The notes: generated by a model not told the origin, from the sequence alone. Shown: positions 22,725 through 34,593, numbered from the stretch's first letter. The stretch is DNA of 64,000 nt from Octopus vulgaris (GCA_951406725.2 OX597843.1:16740001-16804000), one strand, 5' to 3'. Translations and numbers: made by a program.

Positions 22725-23500
22725 AATAATAATAATAATGAAATTATTGTATACAGTGCTCAGGTGCACCACAACTTGTCAGAAAGTGCATATAAAGTAC
22801 ATGCAGTAGTGTAGAAATGTCTGGGTGTATGGAGGGAAGAAAATCAAGTGTAGTGTTGGCGAATCTCAGGAAGCATGGAAGTCTTGAAGGAAGCAGTGCT
22901 CCGACAACTAACAACCGATGTCGGCAGTTTGTTCCACGCTTCAGCAACTCTCAGCGTGAAAAAATGTTTCCTGAAGTCATGGGAGCTGTGCTGTTTTCTT
23001 ACTTTGTAAATATGTCCACGGGTGTTAGATGGGTGGAGTTTGAAGAGGTGCTCAGAGTTATTGTTTGTGCGATGGTTGATAATTTTATGGGTGTCTGCCA
23101 AGTCAGCTGCCAGACGTCATAGTTTCAATGTGTCCATGCCCAGGGAGGTAAGGCGTTCAGGATATGGCAAATGCCTGATGGAGGGTATTCTTTTGGTTGC
23201 ACGTCGCTGAACAGCTTCCAGACGATTGATATCCTGGGCAAGATAGGGGTTCCAGACCGGTGATGCAAACTCCAGGTGAGGTCTTACCATAGCTATATAC
23301 AGCCGCAGATAGATAGCCGGAGAGCGGCTCACAAAGGATTTGGTGAGTGATGCCAAGACACCCTCAGCCTTCTTGACAATTTTAGCGATGTGTTTTGTCC
23401 AACGCAAATCGCTGTCGACAATAACACCCAGGTCACGTTCACTTGAAGACTTTTTGAGACTAGTGTTGTGGAGGGAGTAGGTGGACGCTGGGTTTTCTGC
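22725..23500 (-). mobile_element. CR1-group LINE 3' fragment (RT C-terminal region, premature stop)
   Basis: ERDLGVIVDSDLRW..LYIAMVRPHLEFASPVWNPYL..DINRLEAVQRRATK..YPERL..NTRGH..RKHFFTLRVAEAWNKLP; (ATT)n tail. It sits within a possible pogo-type MITE (cagtaatccctcg at 22620 / cgagggatt at 23577). Confidence 0.9.
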
Positions 23501-23665
23501 GGTCAGTAGTTAGTTGTGTTTTTTTAGATTTTAATTATTTCTGTGGGAGATTTTGGAACGTAACATCCATGACAGTCGAGGGATTCTCGTATATAAACTG
23601 TAAGAAAGTATGGAGTATGGAATATAGAAAAAATATAATATATAATTTTCATTATTAGCATTTTG

Positions 23666-23689
<24 letters not shown>

Positions 23690-23701
<12 letters not shown>

Positions 23702-23925
23702 GAAATGCAGAAAATGCTGACAAAATAATTTAAGTAAGGGAGAGTGTATTTAATTAGGTGAAAGTTCTTTTTACCGGTTGCGCATTTGTTATGCTTATCA
23801 AAATATATTTTGAGTGAGATAGAGATAGAGTTCCTTTCTGGTAAAAAGAACTTCACCTGATTAAATACACTCTCCCTTACTTAAATTATTTTGTCAGCAT
23901 TTTCTTCATTTCCTTTTTTTATATA
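23690..23925. mobile_element. Fold-back PLE-like fragment with a degenerate hammerhead motif in the loop
   Basis: About 80-bp inverted arms. Reverse complement of 23768-23803 is tt-TTGATAA-GCAT aacaa ATGC-GCAAC-CG-GTA-aa. Confidence 0.5.
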
Positions 23926-23975
23926 TCACAACTCGTGTTCCACATCTCCTTTTTTAAATATATATATATATATCA

Positions 23976-24347
23976 GGCGCTGGAGTGGTTGTGTGGTAAG
24001 TAGTTTGCTTACCAACCACATGGTTCCGGGTTCAGTCCCACTGCGTGACGTCTTGGGCAAGTGCCTTCTGCTAGAGTCCCGGTCCGACCAATGCCTTGTG
24101 AGCGGATTTGGTAGACAGAAACTGAAAGAAGCCCGTCATATATATGTATGTGTGTGTCTGTGTTTGTCCCCCTAGCATTGCTTGACAACCGATGCTGGTG
24201 TGTTTACGTCCCTGTCACTTAGCGGTTCGGCAAAAGAGACCGATAGAATAAGTACTGGGCTTACAAAGAAAAAGTCCCGGGGTCGAGTTGCTCGACTAGA
24301 GGCATGGCCGCAGTCAAATGACTGAAACAAGTAAAAGAGTAAAGAGT
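23976..24347 (+). mobile_element. SINE family A
   Basis: Full-length match. Confidence 0.9.
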
Positions 24348-24356
24348 AATATATAG

Positions 24357-24389
<33 letters not shown>

Positions 24390-24397
24390 CAAACATA

Positions 24398-24431
<34 letters not shown>

Positions 24432-24499
24432 GATAGATAGATAGATAGATAGATATAGATATATCTATATATACACACATATATACATTCATGTATATA

Positions 24500-24895
24500 T
24501 TCTTTTATTTGTTTCATTCATTTGACTGCGGTCATGCTGGAGTACCACTTTTAGTTGAACAAATTGACCCAAGGACTTACTCTTTGTAATCCTAGTACTT
24601 ATTCCATCGGTCTCTTTGGCCGAACCGCTAAGTTACGGGGACGTAAAAACACACTAACATCAGTTGTCAAGCAATGGTGGGGAGACAAATATGCACACAC
24701 AAACACATACACACACACAAACATGCACGCACAGACACATATATGAAGGGCTTCTTTCAGTTTCCATTTACGAAATCGATTCACAGGGCTTTGGTCAGTC
24801 CGAGGCTATAGTAGAAGACACTCACCCAAGGTGCCATGCAGTGGGACTGAACCCGGTAGCAAAATTCTTACCATACAACCCACAACCATGCCCGC
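24500..24895 (-). mobile_element. SINE family A
   Basis: Match to the family. Confidence 0.85.
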
Positions 24896-24910
24896 ATTTA
24901 TAGCCACTTC

Positions 24911-24942
<32 letters not shown>

Positions 24943-24985
24943 CACACACACATATATACATACACACACACACATACATATATAT

Positions 24986-25036
<51 letters not shown>

Positions 25037-25037
25037 T

Positions 25038-25076
<39 letters not shown>

Positions 25077-25868
25077 AAGAATGGTTGTATACTGTCAGTA
25101 GGGGGGTTACACCACTGCTGTTTAGCCCTAGGAAGCATTGAGTGGTGGTGTAACCCCCTACTGTCACATTCAGTAGGGGGTTACATTAGATTGACAGTAT
25201 ACAACCATTCTATCACCCCACCACCGTACATATCTCTATGAGAGATTTAGAAATTTAATATTTCTGATATATATATATATCAGAATTTATATAGGTTTTC
25301 CAATAATATAAAAGTTCTCAGATCAATTAATAACATCTTAGGGAAGGTAAAATATACAGATAAAGATGTAGATATGAAACTTAGGAACATGAGGTCGTGT
25401 GGTTCAGATGCTAACTGACCAAAAGTTTGTTTGTAACTGACTGTTGTAAGAAAATTTTTTTAGTTATAAGGATTAGGGTAAGGGCAGGGAAAGAATTCAA
25501 GTTAGTTGTAGAAAAGAGGAGGAAATTCAGAATATGTAAAAGAATTTTCAGGTTGTCACAAGAACAAAAGATCAATCTATCTATGTGGTGACAAGAAAAC
25601 TAGGTCAGTGTAGAAAGATCATTAAATTCTTAGGAACATATGAGGTTGTAGGTCAGATACTAACTGACCAAAATCCTACTTGCAACTGAGAGCCATCAGA
25701 ATCTTTTTAGTTGTAGGAATTTGGGTAAGAGGAGGTGATAGAATACTGTAAAAGGGATTTAAGTTAGTTGCAGAAAAAAGGAAGAATTTAGAATATATAA
25801 AGGGAAAACAGGTTGTTACTAGAACAAAAAGCCAGTTTTTTTATGTGGTGAGAAAAAAAATCTAGGTC

Positions 25869-26130
25869 TAAATTCTATTATAAAGGGTCAGGGAAACAAA
25901 ACTATCACCTAATTTATAGTAGGTATTGTATTTTATAACTGGGGGAATAGTATTAAATTTTAAAATTAGAATAGATTTGGGGAAATATCCAAATTCAACT
26001 AAATTCTATTATAAAGGGTCAGGGAAACAAAACTATCACCTAATTTATAGTAGGTATCGTATTTTATAACTGGGGAAATAATATTAAATTTTAAAATTAG
26101 AATAGATTTGGGGAAAGATCCAAATTCAAA
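25869..26130. repeat. Near-perfect 131-bp tandem duplication, with an older diverged duplication at 25370-25870
   Basis: taaattctattataaagggtcagggaaacaaaactatcacc occurs at 25869 and 26000. Confidence 0.85.
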
Positions 26131-26417
26131 ATTACAGTGAAGTTATTCTAGTTGACTATGAAAGTAAATTAAAGGTTAGTATAGTATATCTCATATTATT
26201 ATTATATTAAAAAGTTAAAGTTTGAAAATGTAGTAATATTAAAATTTCTATTTAAAGTATTTAAATGTTCTAGTTGTGGAATGTATGTAAGATAATCCTA
26301 ACTCTAGATTTCAGTACATTTTTGTTATTTTGATACTTTAAAATTTCATAGGTTTCCATAGAACCGAGTTGACAGCCTACTCTACTATTTCTATAAGGTT
26401 TTGCCCTTATATATATA

Positions 26418-27330
26418 CACTCACATACACATATGCATGTGTGTGTGTGTGTATATATATTTGTGTGTGTGTATATAAATATATGTGTGTGTGTGTGTAT
26501 GTATGCTTGTGTGTGTATATATAAATATATCTGTGTGTGTGTGTGTTACACTCACATACACATATGCATGTGTGTGTATATATATATTTGTGTGTGTATA
26601 TATAAATGTGTGTGTGTGTGTATGTATGCTTGTGTGTGTATATATAAATATATCTATGTGTGTGTGTGTGCTACACTCACATACACATATGCATGTGTGT
26701 GTATATATATATATTTGTGTGTATATATAAATATGTGTGTGTGTATGTATGCTTGTGTGTGTATATATAAATATATGTATGTGTGTGTGTGCTACACTCA
26801 CATACACATATGCAAGTGTGTGTGTATATATATATTTGTGTGTGTATATATAAATATGTGTGTGTGTGTATGTATGCTTTGCATGTGTGTGTGTATATAT
26901 ATATTTGTGTGTGTATATATATATAAATATGTGTGTGTGTATGTATGCTTGTGTGTGTATATATAAATATATCTATGTGTGTGTGTGTGCTACACTCATA
27001 CACACATGCATGTGTGTGTGTATATATATATTTGTGTGTGTATATACAAATATGTGTGTGTGTGTGTGTATATATAAATATATCTATGTGTGTGTGTGTG
27101 ACACTCACATACACATATGCATGTGTGTGTGTGTATATATATATCTGTGTGTATATATAAATATGTGTGTGTGTGTATGTATGCTTGTGTGTGTATATAT
27201 AAATATATCTATGTGTGTGTGTGCGACACTCACATACACATATGCATGTGTGTGTGTATATATATATTTGTGTGTATATATAAATATGTGTGTGTGTGTG
27301 TATATAAATATATCTATGTGTGTGCATACA
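26418..27330. repeat. Minisatellite of about 120-130-bp units built from (TG)/(TA) microsatellites
   Basis: The anchor cactcacatacacatatgca recurs about 6-7 times. Confidence 0.85.
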
Positions 27331-27673
27331 CATGCAAAACCCTCCTCTATTTCCATTTGCCATGTCCCTCATCTACTACAATTTACTCCTCCTTTTCTTT
27401 CTCTTTCACTCTGTATGCCATCCCCACCCCCCTCTCGTTTCAAGTCCTCCACTATGTTCTGTAATTGCTGACACAAACTTTTCATATCAAATTCATATAC
27501 TTACAAATACAGACTCCACACGAACACACACACACACATTTATATATATACATATATAAACTCTCACTCACTCTTACGAACAAAGGTGAAACTAACTCTT
27601 GGGTAAGTTACGTTTTTAATTACATCATATTGGCTCACATATTGACCATTGCCCAGCCACCTCAACAACATTT

Positions 27674-28232
27674 GGATCTTTTCGGTTTGACCGGCAGTTT
27701 TTTAAAATCATTTCCACGTAACTAAACACTTTTAAACTTCGTATACTGGTAGAATGTGTTTATAAAACATCTTTTTTCTCTTGGTTTTATTGAGAAAATT
27801 CTATAGTGGATCTTTCCATCCTCAATGACACACAATTTCTAGGTAACTAAACACTTTTAAACTTCGTATACTGGTAGAATGTGTTTATAAAACATCTTTT
27901 TCTCTTGGCTTTATTGAGAAAATTCTATAGTTTGTAAGATATTTGTTGTTTTTTATCTTCAATTTCGGCAATTTCAACCAATCACTGACGTCCATTGAGG
28001 TAAACAACATTCTTTGCCGTATGAATATGTCCCTTGTTTAAGAAACAGATTGGGTTTATTTACATTTGTGAAGAAAAAAAAGATACCCTTCCCCCACCCC
28101 TAACCCTAACCCTAACTAACCGTAACCCTAAAATAGATTGAAATGCAATAGATCGATACTAGGGTCATAATTATGGGTGACAATTTCATATGACACCGCT
28201 AGAAAAAACTGCCGTTCAAACTGAAAAGATCC
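27674..28232. mobile_element. MITE with about 30-bp terminal inverted repeats and an internal (CCCTAA)n tract
   Basis: ggatcttttcggtttgaccggcagtttttt / aaaaaactgccgttcaaactgaaaagatcc. A solo end is at 16441-16488, and there is an internal duplication at 27717-27807/27843-27930. Confidence 0.8.
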
Positions 28233-28423
28233 CATACTTGTTATAACATTTTATCTCAATTTGAATGTACGTGAAGGTATTTAGAATGCCCGAACTTATT
28301 TCTACACATTTGCTAAACACTGATACTGATCATAGTCTAAACAATATGCATAGGAGTGAGGCAAATGCAGCAAAAATACCTGGCCCCTCAGAAATGAACC
28401 TACTTACAATACATATATATATG

Positions 28424-28496
<73 letters not shown>

Positions 28497-28498
<2 letters not shown>

Positions 28499-29055
28499 CA
28501 AAAGAAAAGCGACACAATTATCCAATCATATTTGGTCTTTAAGAGATAAAGGTGTCGATTATAACATACAATGGAAGATTTTGGCCAGATGTAAGCCCTA
28601 TACTAACGGCAGCGGAAGGTGCGGTTTATGCGACATGGAGAGATGGCTTATCTGGAAAAGCAGCTTAGACCCTACCACATGTCTAAATACAAGGACAGAA
28701 CTTTTCGGATCATGCCCACATGTGACTAAATTTCTGTTACGTTTTTGGTCCCCTAAAGAAAACGGATAGAACATGCTTTCTGTGTTATGTCCCAAGAAGA
28801 TTTTATATATTTTTATATATTTTTATATATTTTTATGTATTTTTATATAATTTTTATGACGAAAAATGCGAGCGATGTATAAGTACGCAGGCAAAGCAGA
28901 GTTATAACAGAGTAATTTCCCTTCATTTTTAACGGTATTTTTTCATAACGTTTTCAAATAGCCAGATAACCGAAGAGATGGTGTTGTGGATTTCCACTTC
29001 GGCATCTGAAACTCAGAGTTTTATCTTGACTACCGAGTAATGTAACATATTGTAT
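28497..29055 (+). mobile_element. Penelope-like element 3' end (GIY-YIG endonuclease C-terminus plus pLTR)
   Basis: ATQLSNHIWSLRDKGVDYNIQWKILARCKPY..RCGLCDMER..LNTRTELFGSCPH..K, stop at 28769, followed by a same-strand hammerhead motif. Confidence 0.85.
28964..29026 (+). ncRNA. Type-I hammerhead ribozyme motif in the PLE pLTR
   Basis: AGATAA-CCGAAGA-GATG...CATC-t-GAAAC-TCAGA-GTT-TTATCT: 6-bp stem I, long stem II, quasi-palindromic stem III. Confidence 0.65.
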
Positions 29056-29090
<35 letters not shown>

Positions 29091-29097
<7 letters not shown>

Positions 29098-29710
29098 AGG
29101 GATATTAGCCAACCGAATATGGCTAGGGACAGGGCAGGGTGGTGGGGGTGTCACTGTTGCATTTAGCCCCAGGCGAACATCAACGTCACCAGATAGGCCT
29201 GACGCCATCACGGCGTCCTCTATCTTGCAAAGGGAGATCAGTCACCAAGAAGCCGATACCACACACGGACCTAGGTTTCAAGGTGTATTGCCTATTATCA
29301 ACGTGTGGTAGGCATCGCTTCTCGATGAACGACCAACTTTGCAAGATATATATAAGGATTTTCAAGTAAATACATTTACTGATTTCGAAAATCTGTTTGA
29401 CAGCAATAATAATTCTCTAAATGAGATATAGACAGTGACTGCTCCGTAATATAAGGGATATTAGCCAACCGAATATGGCTAGGGACAGGGCAGGGTGGTG
29501 GGGGTGTCACTGTTGCATTTAGCCCCAGGTATATCTCCCTTTGCAAGATAGAGGACGCCGTGATGGCGTCAGGCCTATCTGGTGACGTTGATGTTCGCCT
29601 GGGGCTAAATGCATACCACCCTGCCCTGTCCCTAGCCATATTCGGTTGTCTAATATCCCTTATATTACAGAGCAGTCACTGTCTATATCTCATTTAGAGA
29701 ATTATTATTG

Positions 29711-29711
<1 letters not shown>
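29091..29711 (-). mobile_element. Non-coding retrozyme-like element: 356-nt unit, 83-bp direct repeat and inverted copy
   Basis: 29091-29173 repeats at 29447-29529. 29532-29711 is the reverse complement of sequence spanning the unit junction. (TA)n on both flanks; contains a hammerhead motif. Confidence 0.65.
29249..29321 (-). ncRNA. Type-I hammerhead ribozyme motif, U3-A8 core variant
   Basis: Reverse complement: CACACG-TTGATAA-t-AGG caataca CCT-t-GAAAC-CTAG-GTC-CGTGTG. Stem I extends with further pairs (acc/ggt, cgat/atcg, gaag/cttc). Confidence 0.7.
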
Positions 29712-29750
<39 letters not shown>

Positions 29751-29829
29751 AATAATTTTGGGAATATTATTCCAAACTTACAGGAAAAAATTCAATTTAG
29801 TATTACTAAATCAAATTTTACACAATTAA

Positions 29830-30155
29830 TAATAATAATGAAATTATTGTATACAGTGCTCAGGTGCACCACAACTTGTCAGAAAGTGTGTATAAAGCAT
29901 ATGCAGTAATGTACAAATGTCTGGAAAGCGAACAATGTATGAGTCAGATACATGCTTCAGCATGTGTATGAAGGGGAGAAAATCAGGTGTAGTGTTGGCA
30001 AATCGCAGGAAGCATGGAAATTTTGAAGGAATCAGTGCTCCGACAACTAACAACTGATGCCGGCAGTTTGTTCCATGCTTCAGCAACTCTCAGCGTGAAA
30101 AAATGTTTCCTAAAGTCATAGGAGCTATGCTGTTTTCTGACTTTGTAAATATGTA
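29830..30155 (-). mobile_element. CR1-group LINE 3' end
   Basis: HIYKVRKQHSSYDFRKHFFTLRVAEAWNKLP; same family as 22725-23500. Confidence 0.9.
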
Positions 30156-30475
30156 TATAAATTAGAGAAGAACCACCTTTTATCAATTCAACAATGAAAG
30201 AACAATGATATAATTAAATTATACCACATAGAAAAAAATTGAATATACGATAAAACATATACCAATAATTAAGTAAAGTAGAAAATAATAAATAATATAC
30301 AAAATAATAGATAATTAGGCCAATTATATACTTTTTATTTATTATTTTGTACTTGACTTAATTATTGGTATATGTTTTATCGTATATTTAATTTTTCTCT
30401 ATATGGCATAATTTAATTATATCATTGTTCTTTAATTGTTGAATTGATAAAAGGTGGTTCTTCTCTAATTTATAT
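30155..30475. repeat. Fold-back element with about 145-bp inverted arms
   Basis: ataaattagagaagaaccaccttttatcaattcaac... / ...gttgaattgataaaaggtggttcttctctaatttat. Confidence 0.85.
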
Positions 30476-30494
30476 ATATATATATATATATATA

Positions 30495-30912
30495 TACTCT
30501 TTACTCTTTTATTTGTTTCAGTCATTTGACTGCGACCATGCTAGCACCGCCTTTAGTCAAACAAATCGACCCCAGGACTTATTCTTTGTAAGCCTAGTAC
30601 TTATTCTGTCGGTCTCTTTTGCCGAACTGCTAAGTGATGGGGACATAAACGCACCAGCATTGGTTGTCAAGCGATGTTGGGGTACACACAGACACATAAA
30701 CACACACACACACACACACACAAAAATATATATATACATATACATATATACGACGGGCTTCTTTCAGTTTCCGTCTACCAAATCCACTCACAAAGCTTTG
30801 GTCAGCCCAAAGCTATAATAGAAGACACTTGCTCAAGGTGCCACGCAGTGGAACTGAACCCGGAACCATGTGGTTGCTAGGCAAACTACTTACCACAGCC
30901 CCACCTGCACCT
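30495..30912 (-). mobile_element. SINE family A
   Basis: Full-length match. Confidence 0.9.
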
Positions 30913-31182
30913 ATATATATAGAGTATATGATAAGATATGCGTATCTATATGTTTACTATGAAGTATTGTAAAGTTTCTGACTTTAAGGGTATCGTGATT
31001 TTTTTCAAGACTTTGAAAAGACATGGGACAAAATGGTGAAGCGTGATCTTCAAATGTTGGGCCTCAAATGAGAAATAAGTGAGAACTTTGGTGATATGCC
31101 ATAGTTGAGAAGACCTATGAGGGCAAGTGAAATGGCAGTCATAGCTGATGCTGGTTTTCATCTAACTGGTTCCCTTGTCAGT

Positions 31183-31640
31183 ACTTACTTGTACTAGTGG
31201 CGACATTCACCCTGGGCGGGTTAAGTCGGATTCTTCTAGCACCTTCGAGGCATCTCGAACCATGGCAACCCACGCACGACGGTCCTGCGCCAGTTCACTG
31301 GAGATAGCGAGCCAGTCGCGGTTCCATTGGTGCAGGCCGACCACCTGTGGACCCGTGAGCACGGAGAGGTCCTCCTTGATCATCGTAGCCCAGGTCTTCA
31401 GCTGCCTGCCCGCACATTTCTGCCAGTTGGGAGAAGGACATCACGGCTCAGTTCACCCACCGGACGCCTACATGCATGGCCAAACCACCGCAAGCGCCGT
31501 TGCAGAAGGACTGATGGAAGGGGCCGCAAAGACAGGCGAAGTCGGAGATTGGCGGTGGGAACTTGATCCACCCGACGGCAGCGAAGAATACACCGGAGGC
31601 AGTCATTGTCGAAGACTTCCAGCCTTCGACAATGACTGTG
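31183..31640 (-). mobile_element. GC-rich RTE-clade LINE 3' fragment (second RTE family)
   Basis: RLRWFGHACRRP..QLKTWATMIKEDLSVLTGPQVVGLHQWNRDWLAISSELAQDRRAWVAMVRDA..TRPG*; tail tacaagtaagta. Confidence 0.8.
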
Positions 31641-31846
31641 TCAGTAGCACATAAAGAGCACACATTATACTCTTGCAATGACAGGCATTAGGAAGGGCAT
31701 CCATCTGTAGAAACCTTGCCAGATCAGATAGGAACCTGACATAGACCTCAAACTTACCAGTTTCTGTCAAACTATCCAACCCATGCCAGCATGGAAAGCA
31801 AACATTAAATGATGATGATGATGATATATTACACAATATATCTCTT

Positions 31847-32639
31847 CTCTCAATATATAAACGGCAGTTTGTCTGTCTGTGTGTCTGTCAGGTTGTACCC
31901 TCACCCTGACTACGGCTTTCAACCGATTCTGATGAAACTTGACACACACATAGCCCAATGTCATAATTCAAAACTAACGCAGCGAAAATTTTGAAAAGTT
32001 CCCCCAGTTCTGAAAAAAATCGATAAATTCGACATGGGGTCGAGAATCTAAGCTTTTTATATGCAACATATTTTCTGTCTAGGGGACACAACTCGACCTT
32101 TTTATCGCCCAAAGGGACAGCTAGGAACATCGTATACACAGAAGTATTCGAGTGAAGAGAAGATATTGCAACCTACACATGCGCCTTCGTTCCCTAGAGG
32201 GAAAGGACTAGATTGGGATTAGTCGTTGCCTACTAGGGGCTCTTACGTACCCGGGCAATGCCGGGCTATGCTGCTAGTCTCTATATATATAAATGGCAAA
32301 ATGTCTGTGTGTGTGTCCTTTATACAAATCCACAATTTTTCAGTTAGAGGGCTCACTTTCTATGGTCATTCAAAACTGTCCAAGGGTGGTCGTGCATATC
32401 TTTATATTTCCTCAGTCACCCTGCAAAGCCATTAAAAAATCAATAGAAGTGACATTTTTGTGAATTTTCTATCCAGAACCCAATCGAAATGTCCGAAACT
32501 TGATACACCAATTGAATGCCAGCTAACTGTATGTGATTGGTCAGAGATTTGGACAGTACCCACATGCATGTGCGCACGCACGCAGCTGTATATGCATGCA
32601 CTAGCATTATGACTGGGCGTTGCCGGGTCAAAGTGCTAG
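31847..32639 (+). mobile_element. Two head-to-tail non-autonomous Helitrons (31847-32277 and 32278-32639)
   Basis: Each starts TC..tatata and ends with a GC hairpin (cccgggcaatgccggg; ctgggcgttgccggg) followed by CTAG|T. Confidence 0.75.
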
Positions 32640-32699
32640 TTAATTTTAAATCTAAAGATTTAAAATTAATATAGGGGTGGCTGTGTGGTAAGGGTGGCA

Positions 32700-33100
32700 G
32701 GGGTGGCTGTGTGGTAAGTAGCTTGCTAACCAACCACATGGTTCCGGGTTCAGTCCCACTGCGTGGCATCTTGGGCAAGTGTCTTCTGCTATAGCCCCGG
32801 GCCGACCAATGCCTTGTGAGTGGATTTGGTAGACGGAAACTGAAAGAAGCCTGTCGTATATATGTATATATATATATCAGTGTGTGTGTCTGTGTTTGTC
32901 CCCCTAGCATTGCTTGACAACCAATGCTCGTTTATGTCCCCGTCACTTAGCGGTTCGGCAAAAGAGACCGATAGAATAAGTACTGGGCTTACAAAAGAAT
33001 AAGTCCCGGGGTCGAGTTGCTCGATTAAAGGCGGTGCTCCAGCATGGCCGCAGTCAAATGACTGAAACAAGTAAAAGAGTAAAAGAGAGTAAAAGAGAGT
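32700..33100 (+). mobile_element. SINE family A
   Basis: Full-length match. Confidence 0.9.
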
Positions 33101-33149
33101 ATAGACATGTGTTTCTACTGCGTTGATATCCAAAGAAGTGGCATCATGT

Positions 33150-33575
33150 TAATAATAATAATAATAATAATAATTGTGTACAGTGCTCAGGTGCACTACA
33201 ACTCCTCTAAAGTGTATATATAATCAGGTGTAGTTTCGGCGGATTTCGGAAAGCATGAGGGCCTTAAAAGATGCAGTGTCATGGCAGTCAACAACTGACG
33301 CAGGCAGTTTATTCCATGCTTCAGCAACTCTGAGCGTGAAAAAATGTTTCCGAAAGTCATGGGAGCTGTATTGCTTTCTGACTTTGTAGGCATGTCCACG
33401 TGTGTTAGACACATGGAGATCAAAAAGGTGTTCAGTGTTGTTGTTGGTGAGGTGGTTGATAACTTTGTGGGTGTTTACCAAGTCCGTCGCCAAACGCCGG
33501 AGCTTCAGTGAATCCATGCCCAGGGAAACAAGGCGCTCAGAATATGGTAGGTGTCTGATGGAGGGTTGCATCCTG
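33150..33575 (-). mobile_element. CR1-group LINE 3' end
   Basis: PSIRHLPYSERLVSLGMDSLKLRRLATDL..NTRGHAYKV..RKHFFTLRVAEAWNKLP. Confidence 0.9.
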
Positions 33576-33829
33576 TTGGTTCACTATTCAACCAATAGAA
33601 TGCAATAGTAATAGTAAACAAGACTGGAGTGTGGTGCAGCGATTTGGTTCGCCAGCCCTCAGTCAAACCGTCCAACCAATGCTAGCATGGAAAGCGGAGG
33701 TTAAACGATGATGATGATGATGTGTTTGTTAATATTATTGGTGAAATGTGGAATCCTGTTGTAGACCATTGCTTTACCACTGAACCAATGGGATGCAACA
33801 TGAGACCTGTGGTTGCGTATATAAATATG

Positions 33830-33860
<31 letters not shown>

Positions 33861-33867
33861 GTATATG

Positions 33868-33960
<93 letters not shown>

Positions 33961-33967
33961 GTATATG

Positions 33968-34034
<67 letters not shown>

Positions 34035-34053
34035 GTATATATATATGTATATA

Positions 34054-34116
<63 letters not shown>

Positions 34117-34249
34117 TATATGTATATATATATGTATATATTAACAATTGAGGATAAAATCTTTAAAAGAAATTATCAGTAGTTAGCGTGAAAAACCTCG
34201 TAAGAGAAAAAATCCGTAAATTCTTCCTCTTTGAAAATATTCATTTATA

Positions 34250-34492
34250 TTATATTGAGGGTACTACTATTAGTAGATACCAACACGCTAAGAGGGACCA
34301 ATGCGGTCAAAACTACTAAAATAAACAAAATTTTACCGAATGCAAAACTTCAAAACAAATCATTTTAAAAAAGAATTAAAATGATTTGTTTTGAAGTTTT
34401 GCATTCGGTAAAATTTTGTTTATTTTAGTAGTTTTGACCGCATTGGTCCCTCTTAGCGTGTGGTATCCACGAATAGTAGTACCCTCAATATA
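34250..34492. repeat. Fold-back element with about 115-bp inverted arms (PLE-like family as at 9445-9714)
   Basis: tatattgagggtactactatt..aaatcattttaa-aaaagaa-ttaaaatgattt..aatagtagtaccctcaatata. Confidence 0.85.
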
Positions 34493-34535
34493 ATATATAT
34501 GTATATATATGTATATATATATACATATATATATA

Positions 34536-34584
<49 letters not shown>

Positions 34585-34593
34585 ATATATATA

